Positions 33,104-43,315 of a DNA stretch of 64,000 bases are shown here, in pieces. Positions within the stretch are counted from its first letter, which is position 1; each line of letters begins with the position of its first letter. A program made the position numbers and the translations under genes. The DNA lies in assembly GCA_963791755.1 (NCBI GenBank), contig CAWBTK010000006.1:351978-415977 (forward strand), read 5' to 3'. Below the pieces are notes generated by a model. That model saw only the letters and a list, made by a program, of their open reading frames with translations. It did no database searches and was not told the DNA's origin. Source of the stretch: an uncultured Planctomycetaceae bacterium. Lineage in GTDB: Bacteria > Planctomycetota > Planctomycetia > Pirellulales > PALSA-1355.

Positions 33104-34723
33104 ATGGCAATCGTCCTGATCGATGGAAAAGAAGTCGAGATCGCCCCCGGCGAACGACTCAACGGCATTCAAGCCGCCGAGCGGGCCGGCGTCGATATTC
33201 CGCGCTACTGTTGGCACCCTGGGCTGTCGGTGGTGGCCAGTTGCCGGATGTGCCTGGTCGAAACCGGCACGCGCAACGCCGAGACCGGCGCGATCACGAT
33301 GTTGCCCAAGCTCGTGCCCGCCTGCCAGACGCCCGCCGCCGACAACACGGTCTTCGTGACCGACAGCGAGAAGGTGCGGCAAAGCCGTGCCATGGTCGAG
33401 GAAGACTTGCTCATCGATCACCCCATCGACTGCCCGATTTGCGACAAGGCGGGCGAGTGCTACTTGCAAGACTACCACTTCAAGTACGGACAAGACCAGC
33501 GCCGCGCCGACGTGCGCCCCTTCACCAGCCGTCGCCGCGAAATGGGAGACACGGTCACGCTGTTCGTCGATCGCTGCGTCATGTGCACTCGCTGCGTTCG
33601 CTTCACCCGCGAGATCAGCGGCACCAGCGAATTGTTCGTCATCAACCGCGGCAGCCACGAGGAGATCGACGTCTTTCCCGGCCACCCGCTCGACAACAAA
33701 ATGTCAGGCAACGTCGTCGATCTGTGCCCGGTCGGCGCGCTAGGAGACAAGGACTTCTTGTACGAACAGCGCGTGTGGTTCATGAATTCGCACCCGGGCA
33801 TTTGCACGGGCTGCTCGACGGGCTGCTCGATCAACGTCGAGGAAAATCAAGACACGGTCTATCGCCTCAAGCCGCGCACCAATCCGCACGTCAACCAGTG
33901 GTGGATGTGCGACGAGGGCCGCTACGGATTCCATCACGTGCACAGCGACCGCCGGCTGACGAACGTCGAGCGCCGCGATGGCGCCGCCACGGTCTTGCTC
34001 GAGTGGTCGCAGGCTCTGCGGGAAATCGACGAGCGGTTTCGCTCCGCCCGTTCGGTGGCCGCGATGCTTTCGCCCGATCTGACCGTCGAGGAAGCCTATC
34101 TGCTGGCTAAATATGTCCGGCAGATCGATCCCCGCGCTCCAATCGTGTTGGGTCCGGTCGTCACGCTAGGCGAGGACGAAACCTTCAAGAACGGATTTAC
34201 GATTCGCGCCGAGAAGTGTCCGAATCGCCGCGGCGTGGAGGAAGTTGTCGCCCACTTCATGGGGCGCCCGGCGACCGTCGACGATTTGCTCTCGGGTATC
34301 GAGTCGGGCGAGGTCCGCGCATTGTGGGTCAGTGGCGGCTACAAGCAGGATTGGATCGACCCGGCCACCGCCGAGCGGCTCGCGGCGGTCGACTGCCTGG
34401 TCGTGCAGGATCTTTTTGCTTCGCCGCTTTTGGATTTTGCCGCCTATCGATTGCCCGGGGCGGCGTTTGCCGAGCGCGAGGGATCGTACGTGAATCACGC
34501 CGATCGTTTGCAGAGCGTGGCCTGGGCCATTCGGCCTCCGGCCGGCGTGCGCACCGAATTAGGAGTTTACTGGGAATTGTTGGCCATGCCGGGGTTGCCC
34601 AAGGCGCGGCGCGTGTTGGACGAAGTCGCGGCGCAGATCGCGTTCTTTTCGCCCGCCGTCGATCCGGTGGGGCCGTTGGGCATGGATTTGCAGGCCCGGC
34701 CCAGGGTCGAGGCCGCCGTGTAG
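33104..34723 (+). CDS. nuoG: NADH:quinone oxidoreductase subunit G (short form, 539 aa)
   Basis: Contains CRMCLVE, HPIDCPICDKAGEC, CVMCTRCVRF and CPVGAL. Confidence 0.9.
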   Translation: MAIVLIDGKEVEIAPGERLNGIQAAERAGVDIPRYCWHPGLSVVASCRMCLVETGTRNAETGAITMLPKLVPACQTPAADNTVFVTDSEKVRQSRAMVEEDLLIDHPIDCPICDKAGECYLQDYHFKYGQDQRRADVRPFTSRRREMGDTVTLFVDRCVMCTRCVRFTREISGTSELFVINRGSHEEIDVFPGHPLDNKMSGNVVDLCPVGALGDKDFLYEQRVWFMNSHPGICTGCSTGCSINVEENQDTVYRLKPRTNPHVNQWWMCDEGRYGFHHVHSDRRLTNVERRDGAATVLLEWSQALREIDERFRSARSVAAMLSPDLTVEEAYLLAKYVRQIDPRAPIVLGPVVTLGEDETFKNGFTIRAEKCPNRRGVEEVVAHFMGRPATVDDLLSGIESGEVRALWVSGGYKQDWIDPATAERLAAVDCLVVQDLFASPLLDFAAYRLPGAAFAEREGSYVNHADRLQSVAWAIRPPAGVRTELGVYWELLAMPGLPKARRVLDEVAAQIAFFSPAVDPVGPLGMDLQARPRVEAAV

Positions 34724-34766
34724 CCGCCAGCGGTGCGCGGACGAAAATTTCGTATAGGGATTCGAG

Positions 34767-36059
34767 ATGGATTGGAAACCGCTCATGGCGCCGTTGATCG
34801 TGCCGCTGGTGAAGATCGCGCTGTTGATCTTCGCGGTGATGACGGCCGCCGCCTATCTGGTGCTGCTGGAGCGCTGGATGGCCGCCTGGGTGCAGGACCG
34901 CAAGGGGCCCAATCGCGTCGGCATTCCGCTCACTAAAATCAAACTGTTTGGACTGGGACAACCGCTGGCCGACGGATTGAAGTTTATCTTCAAGGAGGAA
35001 TATACGCCGGCCCACGTCGACAAGGCGCTCTACATCCTCGCACCCATTTCGATCATGGCCGCCGCCCTGGCCATCTTCGCCGTGATTCCCTTCGGCACGG
35101 TCCTGCCCCTGGAGTTGCCGGGAATCGAGGGGCCGGTCCAACTTGTCGTCGCTCCCGGCGTCGACGTCGGCATGATCTATGTCTTCGCGCTCTCGAGCAT
35201 CGCGGTTTACGGCGTGATCCTGGGCGGCTGGTCCAGCAATAACAAGTACGGCTTCCTGGGCGGTCTGCGATCGAGCGCTCAGTTGATCGCTTACGAAATC
35301 CCGCTCGGCTTGGGAATTTTGGGCGTGGTGCTGGCCAGCGGGTCGCTGCGACTGGAGACCATCATCGGCGAGCAGGCCGCCAGCGGGCAGTGGAACGCCT
35401 TTTCCCAGCCGCTGGGTCTGGTCGTGTTCATGATCGCGGCCTTTGCCGAAGCGGCTCGTCTGCCGTTTGATCTGCCCGAGTGCGAACAAGAATTGGTGGG
35501 CGGTTATCACACGGAATACGCCGGCATGAAGCTGCTGTTGTTCCTCATCGCCGAGTTCCTGCACATGGTCGTGGCCGCGCTGTTGATCGTGATCTTGTTT
35601 TTCGGCGGCTGGCATTTTTGGGGCATGGAAGTCGGACCCGATCCGACGCACGACATGATCTCCTGGCCGTCGGCCATCCTGCGCGTGTTCGTTCTCGTGG
35701 CCAAGACGCTGGGAGTAATTTTGTTTTTCATGCTGGTTCGCTGGAGCTGGCCCCGCTTTCGCTTCGATCAGTTGATGAATCTGGCTTGGAAGGTGATGCT
35801 CCCCTTGGGGCTCGTGAACCTGCTGGCCGTTGCGGCGCTGGTCGAGTATCAGCACCAGCGGAGCCTGGAAGGACTGACGACCAGCCCCTGGCTGCCGGTG
35901 GCGGTCAATTGGCTGGTGGCGCTGGTGGGGCTGGCGGCGGCCGCGCTGTCGGCGCCGCTGCACACCGACAACCGTCCCCGCCTCGACGCCTTGGGCCCCC
36001 CCGAGTTCGAGCCCGAGCGCCCGATCGTCGACGAACCCCAGGGAGCGCTCAGCAGGTAA
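34767..36059 (+). CDS. nuoH: NADH:quinone oxidoreductase subunit H
   Basis: Contains LLERWMAAWVQDRKGPNRVG...LADGLKFIFKEE and is multi-TM. Intact 430 aa. Confidence 0.93.
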   Translation: MDWKPLMAPLIVPLVKIALLIFAVMTAAAYLVLLERWMAAWVQDRKGPNRVGIPLTKIKLFGLGQPLADGLKFIFKEEYTPAHVDKALYILAPISIMAAALAIFAVIPFGTVLPLELPGIEGPVQLVVAPGVDVGMIYVFALSSIAVYGVILGGWSSNNKYGFLGGLRSSAQLIAYEIPLGLGILGVVLASGSLRLETIIGEQAASGQWNAFSQPLGLVVFMIAAFAEAARLPFDLPECEQELVGGYHTEYAGMKLLLFLIAEFLHMVVAALLIVILFFGGWHFWGMEVGPDPTHDMISWPSAILRVFVLVAKTLGVILFFMLVRWSWPRFRFDQLMNLAWKVMLPLGLVNLLAVAALVEYQHQRSLEGLTTSPWLPVAVNWLVALVGLAAAALSAPLHTDNRPRLDALGPPEFEPERPIVDEPQGALSR

Positions 36060-36079
36060 CTGCCGAGAGGAAGATAGCG

Positions 36080-36613
36080 ATGAAAGCCACCGACCCCGCG
36101 GTCAAATGGATCGAAGAGCCGAAGCTCGGCCTGGCCGGCAAGATGTACCTGCCGCTGTTCGCGCAAGGGCTGACCACCACGGCGCGGCACTTGTTCAGCC
36201 CCAAGGTCACGGTCAGCTTTCCCGAGTCGCGACCCAAGTTCGACAACCCGTTGATCTATCGGGGCGTGCACCGCTTGAACAAGGACGAGGCGGGCCGTGT
36301 GAAGTGCGTCGCCTGTTTTTTGTGTGCCACGGCCTGTCCGGCGCATTGCATCGACATCGTGGGCATCGAAAGCCCCTGGCCGGATCGGGAGAAATACCCC
36401 GAGAGCTTTACGATCGACGAGCTGCGCTGCATTTTTTGCGGAATGTGCGAGGAAGCCTGTCCGGTGGACGCGATCGAGCTGACCAGCTTGTTCGATCTCA
36501 CCGGCCGCAGCCGCGAGGAGATGATCTTCGACAAGGAAAAGCTGTTGAGCGTCTACGATCAGACCAAAGACTCCGAGCCGATGAAATCCCGCGCCGCCGG
36601 AGGGACCTTGTGA
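36080..36613 (+). CDS. nuoI: NADH:quinone oxidoreductase subunit I (2x 4Fe-4S)
   Basis: Contains CVACFLCATACP and CIFCGMCEEACP. Confidence 0.93.
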   Translation: MKATDPAVKWIEEPKLGLAGKMYLPLFAQGLTTTARHLFSPKVTVSFPESRPKFDNPLIYRGVHRLNKDEAGRVKCVACFLCATACPAHCIDIVGIESPWPDREKYPESFTIDELRCIFCGMCEEACPVDAIELTSLFDLTGRSREEMIFDKEKLLSVYDQTKDSEPMKSRAAGGTL

Positions 36614-37353
36614 TGCAGGGCCTGGCGATGATCGGAGGCGGCACGCTGCTATTGGCTCTTGGTCTGTGGCTGATGCTGCCGCGGGGCGGCGCTCCGGGCC
36701 GTGCCTTGGGCAGCGTGCTGGCCGCGATTGGCGTGGGATTGTTGGCCTCGCAAACGCCCCGGCTCGTCAAGGCCGACGCCGGCGCCGTGTTCTTCATGGA
36801 CGACGCGGTGTTTTTCATCCTTGCCGGCGTCACCGTGTTGGCCGCCGTGGCCACGGTCACGTTTCGTAATCCTGTCTATTCGGCGATCTGGTTTGGCCTG
36901 TCGCTGTTGGGCACCGCAGGGTTGTTCATGTTCGCCGGGGCGCAGTTCCTGGGCGTCGCCACGGTGGTGGTTTATGCCGGCGCAATTCTGGTAACGTTCT
37001 TGTTCGTGCTGATGTTGGCCCAGCCCGAGGGACATGCGTTTTACGACCGGCTGAGTTGGGCGGCGCCGTTGTCGGCCCTATCCGGCGCGCTGGTGGTCGG
37101 CATTTTGACCGTGACGGTGGTCAATGTCTTTCAGAATCCCGCGCTGGCGGCCAGCACGGGTATCGAAGTCTCGGCCCTGGAAAACGAAATCCTGGCCGAG
37201 CAACACATGGCCCACTTGGGCGCGTGGCTGTTCAGCAAACAACTGGTGGCGATCGAAGTGGCCGGCACGCTATTGCTCGTGGCCCTGGTGGGCGCCGTGG
37301 CGATCGTGGCCCAGATTCACCGCCCCGAGGGAAAGCGAGGGCCGACGTCATGA
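36613..37353 (+). CDS. nuoJ: NADH:quinone oxidoreductase subunit J
   Basis: The ATG overlaps the nuoI stop (TGATG). It is an ND6-like hydrophobic protein containing NPVYSAIWFGLSLLGTAGLF. Confidence 0.85.
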   Translation: MQGLAMIGGGTLLLALGLWLMLPRGGAPGRALGSVLAAIGVGLLASQTPRLVKADAGAVFFMDDAVFFILAGVTVLAAVATVTFRNPVYSAIWFGLSLLGTAGLFMFAGAQFLGVATVVVYAGAILVTFLFVLMLAQPEGHAFYDRLSWAAPLSALSGALVVGILTVTVVNVFQNPALAASTGIEVSALENEILAEQHMAHLGAWLFSKQLVAIEVAGTLLLVALVGAVAIVAQIHRPEGKRGPTS

Positions 37354-37796
37354 ACGAGCTGGCCCTGTTGGAAAACTACTTGATCGTCGGGGCGCTGCTG
37401 TTTGGCATCGGCCTGGTCGGTTTTTTCAGCCGGCGGAACATGATCGTGATGTTTCTCTCGGCCGAGATGATGTTGCAGGGCGTCTCGGTGAGCCTGGTCG
37501 CTTGGAGTCGGTTTCACAACGACTGGGGCGGCCAGATGCTCGTGATCTTCATCCTGACGGTCGCGGCCTGCGAGGCGGCCATCGCCCTGGCCGTCGTGCT
37601 GACCTTGTTCCACAAGCGCGGCTCGTTGGATATCGCGGTGTGGCAACAGCTCCGCGAGGAAAACCAGCCGCCGTATTTCGAAAATACGTCCGAGCTGCCG
37701 CCGAACGAACCCGAACCGGTTTGGCCCAAGCTGGCCCCGGCCGGGATCGAGCCGGCGGCCGATCTGGAAGAGACGACGCATCGCAGCCACGTTTAG
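37350..37796 (+). CDS. nuoK: NADH:quinone oxidoreductase subunit K with a ~45-aa acidic/Pro-rich C-terminal extension
   Basis: ATGA overlap with nuoJ. The ND4L-like core contains LSAEMMLQGVSVSLVA...EAAIALAVVL. 148 aa. Confidence 0.88.
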   Translation: MNELALLENYLIVGALLFGIGLVGFFSRRNMIVMFLSAEMMLQGVSVSLVAWSRFHNDWGGQMLVIFILTVAACEAAIALAVVLTLFHKRGSLDIAVWQQLREENQPPYFENTSELPPNEPEPVWPKLAPAGIEPAADLEETTHRSHV

Positions 37797-37839
37797 CAAA
37801 ACTTAACCCGACAGTACACTTTTCCCCCGTGCCGCCGCT

Positions 37840-39905
37840 ATGACCACTGGCTGGATTCCCACGCTGCTTGTGCTGATCCCATCGCTGCCGCTGCTGGCGG
37901 CGATCGTGACCGCGGTCTTCGGTCGTGGTCTGTTGCGCGAGAAAAGCCATCTGCCGACCGTGGTGGCGCTGGTCTGCGCGTTTGTTGCCAGCCTGATCCT
38001 GCTGTTCGAAGTCCGATCGCTGGACGATGGCGCCATGATCGGCTGGGAGACGACGCTCGACGTTTGGAATTGGGTCGACGTGCCCGCCGCGATCGCGACA
38101 CCGCCGGCGGCCCGGCCAAGCGTCGCTGCCGCCCCGTTGCCCGCGTCGCTGCCGTTCGTCATCAACGTCACCCTGCGGGCCGACGCCTTGACGGCCATCA
38201 TGCTCTCGATGGTCACGTTTGTTTCGTCGCTGGTCGCCATTTATGCCAGCGGCTACATGCACGGCGATCGCGGCTACTGGCGATTCTTCAGCTATATCGG
38301 CCTGTTCGTGTTCTCGATGGTGATGCTGGTCTCGGTCAGCAATTTCGTCCTGCTGTACGTCTTCTGGGAAGCCGTGGGCTTGTGCAGCTACTTGCTGATC
38401 GGCTTCTGGTACGAAAAGCCGGCGGCGGCCGCGGCCGCCAAGAAGGCGTTCCTGGTCAATCGCATCGGCGACTTCGGTTTCGCCTTGGGGCTGTTTCTAA
38501 TCTGGAGCACCTATGGCACGTTGAACTTTCACGATGCCGGCGGCGTGGCCGGAGTGCTGGGGCAAACGCGGCTGGCCGATCCGTCACTATACGTCGGCGG
38601 CGGCGTGGCCACGGCAATTTGCCTGTTGCTGATGCTTGGCGCGTGTGGAAAGAGTGCCCAGTTTCCGCTGCACGTCTGGCTGCCCGACGCCATGGAAGGC
38701 CCCACGCCCGTCAGCGCCCTGATTCACGCAGCTACGATGGTCACCGCGGGCGTCTACATGGTCACGCGTTGCACGCCGTTGTTCATGCTGTCGCCCACGG
38801 CGCAAAACGTTGTGGCCGTGATCGGTCTGACCACGGCGGCGATCGGCGGCATCATCGCCATGACACAGACCGATTTGAAACGCGTGCTGGCCTATTCCAC
38901 GATCAGCCAGTTGGGCTACATGTTTCTGGGCCTGGGCGTGGCGACGCTGGGCGGCATCACCGCGGGCATGTTCCATCTCTTCACGCACGCTTTTTTCAAG
39001 GCCCTGTTATTCCTGGGCGCCGGCAGCGTGATGCACGCCATGGGTGGCGTGATCGACATGCGGCGATTCGGCGGCCTGCGGCGGCTGATGCCCGTCACGC
39101 ATTGGACGTTTCTGTTTGGCTGCCTGGCCTTGGCCGGAGTCGTGCCGTTTGCCGGCTTCTGGAGCAAGGACGCCATTCTGGCGGCTGCCCATGAACGAGG
39201 CGCGCACGACAATCTGTTTTATGCCTTGTACTGGGGCGGACTGATCGTGGCACTGATGACGGCGATCTACACGTTCCGCGCGTTTTTTCTGACGTTCTAC
39301 GGAGCGGAGCGCGTGCCGCACGAGGCCGGCCACCACGCGCACGAATCGCCCCGCGCGATGACCTTGCCGCTGGTGATTCTGGCCTTCTGCTCGTTGGTCG
39401 TGGGCGCTATTTCGAATGGACCGGCGGCTTCGCCAGTTTCCTGGCCCGCACGCCCTCGCTGGCCTACGAGGGATTGGCCGCGCACGCCCCGCACGACGCC
39501 GCGGGGCACACCCTGGTGGCCACGGTCTCGACCGCCCTGGCCCTGGGCGGAATTGGCCTGGCGGCATTCCTTTACCTCGGCGATCCGGCCCAGGTGATGG
39601 CTATCCGTCGGGTGTTGATGCCCCTTTACTTGCTGTCGTACGGCAAAATGTTCTTCGATCCGATCTATAACGTCCTGTTCGTGTGGCCCCTGCGGCTGCT
39701 TGCCAGGTTGAGTTATTGGTTCGATCGCTCGGTGATCGATGGCCTCGTCAATTTCGCGGGACGCGTGCCACTGGTGGTGGGCGCCGGCCTGCGATCGTTG
39801 CAAAGCGGCATGGTGCAGTTCTATGCGGTGGCGATGGTGTGGGGCGTGATCGTGTTGGTCGTCACGTTGCTGGTCTGGCCGGCCGTGGCCTCGAACTGGA
39901 AATAA
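37840..39905 (+). CDS. nuoL: NADH:quinone oxidoreductase subunit L; 1 frame break (~39408)
   Basis: Contains WLPDAMEGPTPVSALIHAATMVTAGVYM. The C-terminal ~165 aa continue in the frame of track ORF 39474..39905 (LVVGA | YFEWTGGFASFLAR...). Confidence 0.9.
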
Positions 39906-39923
39906 TTTCGGGAGAATCGCATC

Positions 39924-41585
39924 TTGGATTGGATGCCGGCGTTGTTACTGGGCACGATCTTCACCCCCTTGGCCGGGGCCGTGCTGGCGTTGGCCTTTGC
40001 CGCCCTCGGCCGCTACGCGGTTCGACAAAGCGCGCTGGTCACGGTGCTCTTGACCCTGGGCATGACCGCCATCCTGCTGATGAACTCCGACACCAGCAAC
40101 GGATCCTATGCGTCGCTCAGTTTCCCCTGGCTGGGCGAATCGTCGGGCATCGACATTCGCTTTGCCGTCGCGCTGGATGGCCTGAGCCTGTGGATGTTCG
40201 GTCTCTCGTCGTTGCTGCTATTCACTTCCGTGCTGGTCAGTTGGGAGGCCATCACCGATCGTCCGGCAACGTTCTATGCGCTGCTTTTGCTGTTGGGCAG
40301 CGGCATGCTGGGGGTCTTCGCCGCCCGCGATATCATCCTGTTCTACATCTTCTTCGAATTCACGCTGATCCCGCTGTTCTTCCTGATCGGCGTGTGGGGA
40401 TCGGAAGATCGTCGCTATGCCGCCGCCAAGTTCTTTATCTACACGCTGGCCGGCAGCGTGCTGACCTTTCTGGGACTGCTGGCGATCGTGCTGTGGGACT
40501 ACAACCATTCGTCCACCGGTGTCATGACGTTCTCGATCCGGGCGCTCACGGCCGGCCTTGCGGAACATCCGATCGCCGCGCCCTACCAGCTGTGGATCTT
40601 CATCGCGCTGTTCGCCGGCTTTGCCATCAAGGTTCCCCTGTTTCCGCTCCACACATGGTTGCCGCTGGCGCACACGCAGGCGCCCACGGCCGGCAGCGTG
40701 ATCCTGGCGGGCATCCTGTTGAAGATCGGCACGTATGGCTTCGCCCGCTTCAGCCTTCCCATGTTGCCCGAGGCCACGGCCCAGTGCGTTCCCTGGCTGC
40801 TCGGTCTGTCGGTGGCCGGTATTTTGTACGGAGCGCTCGTGGCCCTGGCCCAAACCGATATGAAACGGCTGATCGCCTATTCCAGCGTCAGTCACCTGGG
40901 TTTTGTCATGCTCGGCATCTTCGCGCTCAACGAGTTGGGCGTTGAAGGGGGCGTGTTGCAGATGATCAATCACGGACTGTCCACCGGCGGATTGTTCGCC
41001 GTGGTGGGCATGGTCTACGAGCGCTATCACACGCGGGCCATCGACCAACTGGGCGGGTTGGCGCGGCGCGTGCCGCTGTTGGCTTTTTTCTTTCTGCTGT
41101 TCACGCTGTCGAGCATTGGGCTGCCGGGGCTGAACGGTTTTGCCGGTGAGTTTCTGATCCTGATCGGCATGTTCACCGCGCCTGGACCGACGCGCCGAAT
41201 CGTTTGCGCTGGCCTATCAAGTGATGGCCGTGTTGTCGGTGTTCGGCGTGGTGCTGGGCGCCTGGTACATGCTGTTTCTGGTGCAGCGAGTTTTCTTCGG
41301 ACCGCTGAAGGAAGCCGACCATTCGCACGCCGCCCCGCCGGTTCGCGATCTGTCGCGCGCGAGGCCGCGGCACTGGTGCCGCTGGTCGTGTTCGTGTTTT
41401 GGATCGGCCTCTGCCCCGAGTTTTTTCTCGAGCGGATGCGACCCACGCTCGAGCCCTTGGCTCGACCAGCCTTGCAGGCTTACCGCCAGCGGCAACACGG
41501 CATCGAAAAGCTGTCGCCGCAATTGGCGGTCGAACCTTCGCTTCTGATGGAATCGCATCGAAAGGAAATGGCGCGTGTCGAGTGA
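39924..41585 (+). CDS. nuoM: NADH:quinone oxidoreductase subunit M; 3 single-nt deletions (~41175, ~41201, ~41357)
   Basis: Contains HTWLPLAHTQAPTAGSVILAGILLKIGTYG. The stretch RAWTDAPN / FALAYQVMAVLSVFGVVLGAWYMLFLVQRVFFGP lies in the other two frames before the original frame resumes. Confidence 0.9.
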   Translation: MDWMPALLLGTIFTPLAGAVLALAFAALGRYAVRQSALVTVLLTLGMTAILLMNSDTSNGSYASLSFPWLGESSGIDIRFAVALDGLSLWMFGLSSLLLFTSVLVSWEAITDRPATFYALLLLLGSGMLGVFAARDIILFYIFFEFTLIPLFFLIGVWGSEDRRYAAAKFFIYTLAGSVLTFLGLLAIVLWDYNHSSTGVMTFSIRALTAGLAEHPIAAPYQLWIFIALFAGFAIKVPLFPLHTWLPLAHTQAPTAGSVILAGILLKIGTYGFARFSLPMLPEATAQCVPWLLGLSVAGILYGALVALAQTDMKRLIAYSSVSHLGFVMLGIFALNELGVEGGVLQMINHGLSTGGLFAVVGMVYERYHTRAIDQLGGLARRVPLLAFFFLLFTLSSIGLPGLNGFAGEFLILIGMFTAPGPTRRIVCAGLSSDGRVVGVRRGAGRLVHAVSGAASFLRTAEGSRPFARRPAGSRSVAREAAALVPLVVFVFWIGLCPEFFLERMRPTLEPLARPALQAYRQRQHGIEKLSPQLAVEPSLLMESHRKEMARVE

Positions 41586-43148
41586 GACCGTTTATCTCCT
41601 GTTGCCGGAAGAAATTCTGGTGCTTTTGGCCACGCTCGTTTACCTGGGCGGGGCGTTTCTGCCCGCGCGCCGCGGGTGGAGTTGGATGGCCGCCGCGTCG
41701 ATATTGCTTTCTGGCGTGGCCCTGTACCAGCAGGGCTCGATCCACCCGGCCCATGACGCCGCGGGACCCATCTCGGTCGATCTGTTTTCCACCACGCTCC
41801 GCTGGGCCATCCTGGGCGCTGGCTTGATATTCGTGATGCTCGCCGCCCGCCGATCCGAAGACGACGAGTCCAGCGAATTCATGGGCTCGCTGCTCATGAT
41901 CCTGGTCGGCACGATGCTGGTGGCGCTGGCCAACGACCTGGTGCTGTTCTTTGTCGGGCTGGAACTGATCTCGATTCCGACTTACTTGCTGTTGTTCCTG
42001 GGCCGCTCCGAAAGCCGGTTGGAGTCGGGCACGAAATACTTCTTCTTGAGCGTGCTGTCGTCAGCCTTGTTGCTGTATGGATTCAGTTTCCTGTACGGCG
42101 CCGGCGGTTCGACTAGCCTGGGGACAATTCGCGCCACCCTCGCGGCCGCGGGCCCCGAGGGTGGCGGAACGACCGCCTTCGCCCCCTTGGCCTTGATTCT
42201 CGTCTTCGCCGGCGTCGGTTTTCGACTCACCGCCGTTCCGTTTCATTTTTACGCTCCCGATGTCTACCAAGGGGCCACGAACCCCAACGCCGGTCTGCTG
42301 GCCGTAATCCCCAAGATCGCGGCGCTCTTGGTGCTGGTGCGGATCGTGTTCGTGGCCATGCCCGGCTACGAGCGATTGGGCTGGCAGCTCTCGCTTTCCG
42401 TGGCCATGGTCACGATGACCCTGGGAAATCTGTTGGCGCTGTGGCAGGGCAACGTCCGCCGCCTGTTGGCCTACTCCTCGATCGCGCATGCCGGGTACAT
42501 GCTGATCGGTCTGGCAGTGGGATTTGCCGTCGCCGCCGGCGCCAGCGAGGCCGACCCCTTCGACGGCATCGGCGCGACGCTGTTTTATCTCTTGGTTTAT
42601 TCCGCGGCCACCGCCGGCACGTTCGCGGCCTTGACCTATCTCGGTAGCGAGCGCCGCGGCGTCGACACGCTCGAGGAACTCGCCGGCCTGAGTGCCGACC
42701 ATCCGAAGACGGCCGCGGCACTGGCGGTCTTCATGTTCTCGCTCACCGGCTTGCCCCCCTTGGCCGGGTTCTGGGGAAAGTTCACGCTCTTCACCGGCGC
42801 TCTGGGGGTCGATGCCCGAAATCCCGAGTCGGGCAACCTGTGGCCGTGGTTTCTGGCGCTGGCGATTGTCGGAGCGCTCAATGCCGCCATCTCGGCCGGC
42901 TACTACCTGCGTATCGTCGGACTGATGTACTTCCGCCCCGCGCTACGGTCCGCCGAAGCCCGCGGCGGCAGCGGCGCGGCGTTGGCCATGGCGCTCTGTG
43001 CCTTGCTGGTCATCGGCATTGGCTGTTATCCGGGGCCGGCCGTCGAGCAAGCCAAGCGCGCAGCCGGGCCGCGCGAGCCGTCTGGATTCAGCCCACGGCC
43101 AAGTCCGACGCCAAGGCGACATCCGTCGAGCTCACGGTCGTGCCCTAA
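41575..43148 (+). CDS. nuoN: NADH:quinone oxidoreductase subunit N; 1 frame break (~43060) near the 3' end
   Basis: Contains FHFYAPDVYQGATNPNAGLLAVIPKIAAL and LLAYSSIAHAGYML. The GC3-rich frame ...AVWIQPTAKSDAKATSVELTVVP ends at TAA 43146-43148. Track ORF 41575..44034 is read-through. Confidence 0.85.
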
Positions 43149-43315
43149 AAGCTCCTGGTGCGAATCGGGGTCCGGCGCCATCGGCTTCAGCCAGTTCCCG
43201 GACAATTCTCTCGAATTCCTTCGCGCGGCCCTGCGCAAACGCGCCCCTTTGGTGGAGCGGAGGGGCCAGGGGGACTATGCTATAGACAAGCGGGCTGCCG
43301 ATCTTCGAGACCCTC

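Noticed and set aside
34329-35963. 544-aa ORF on the minus strand
   Set aside because: It is antisense to nuoG/nuoH. Its His/Gln/Arg-rich low-complexity translation is an artefact.
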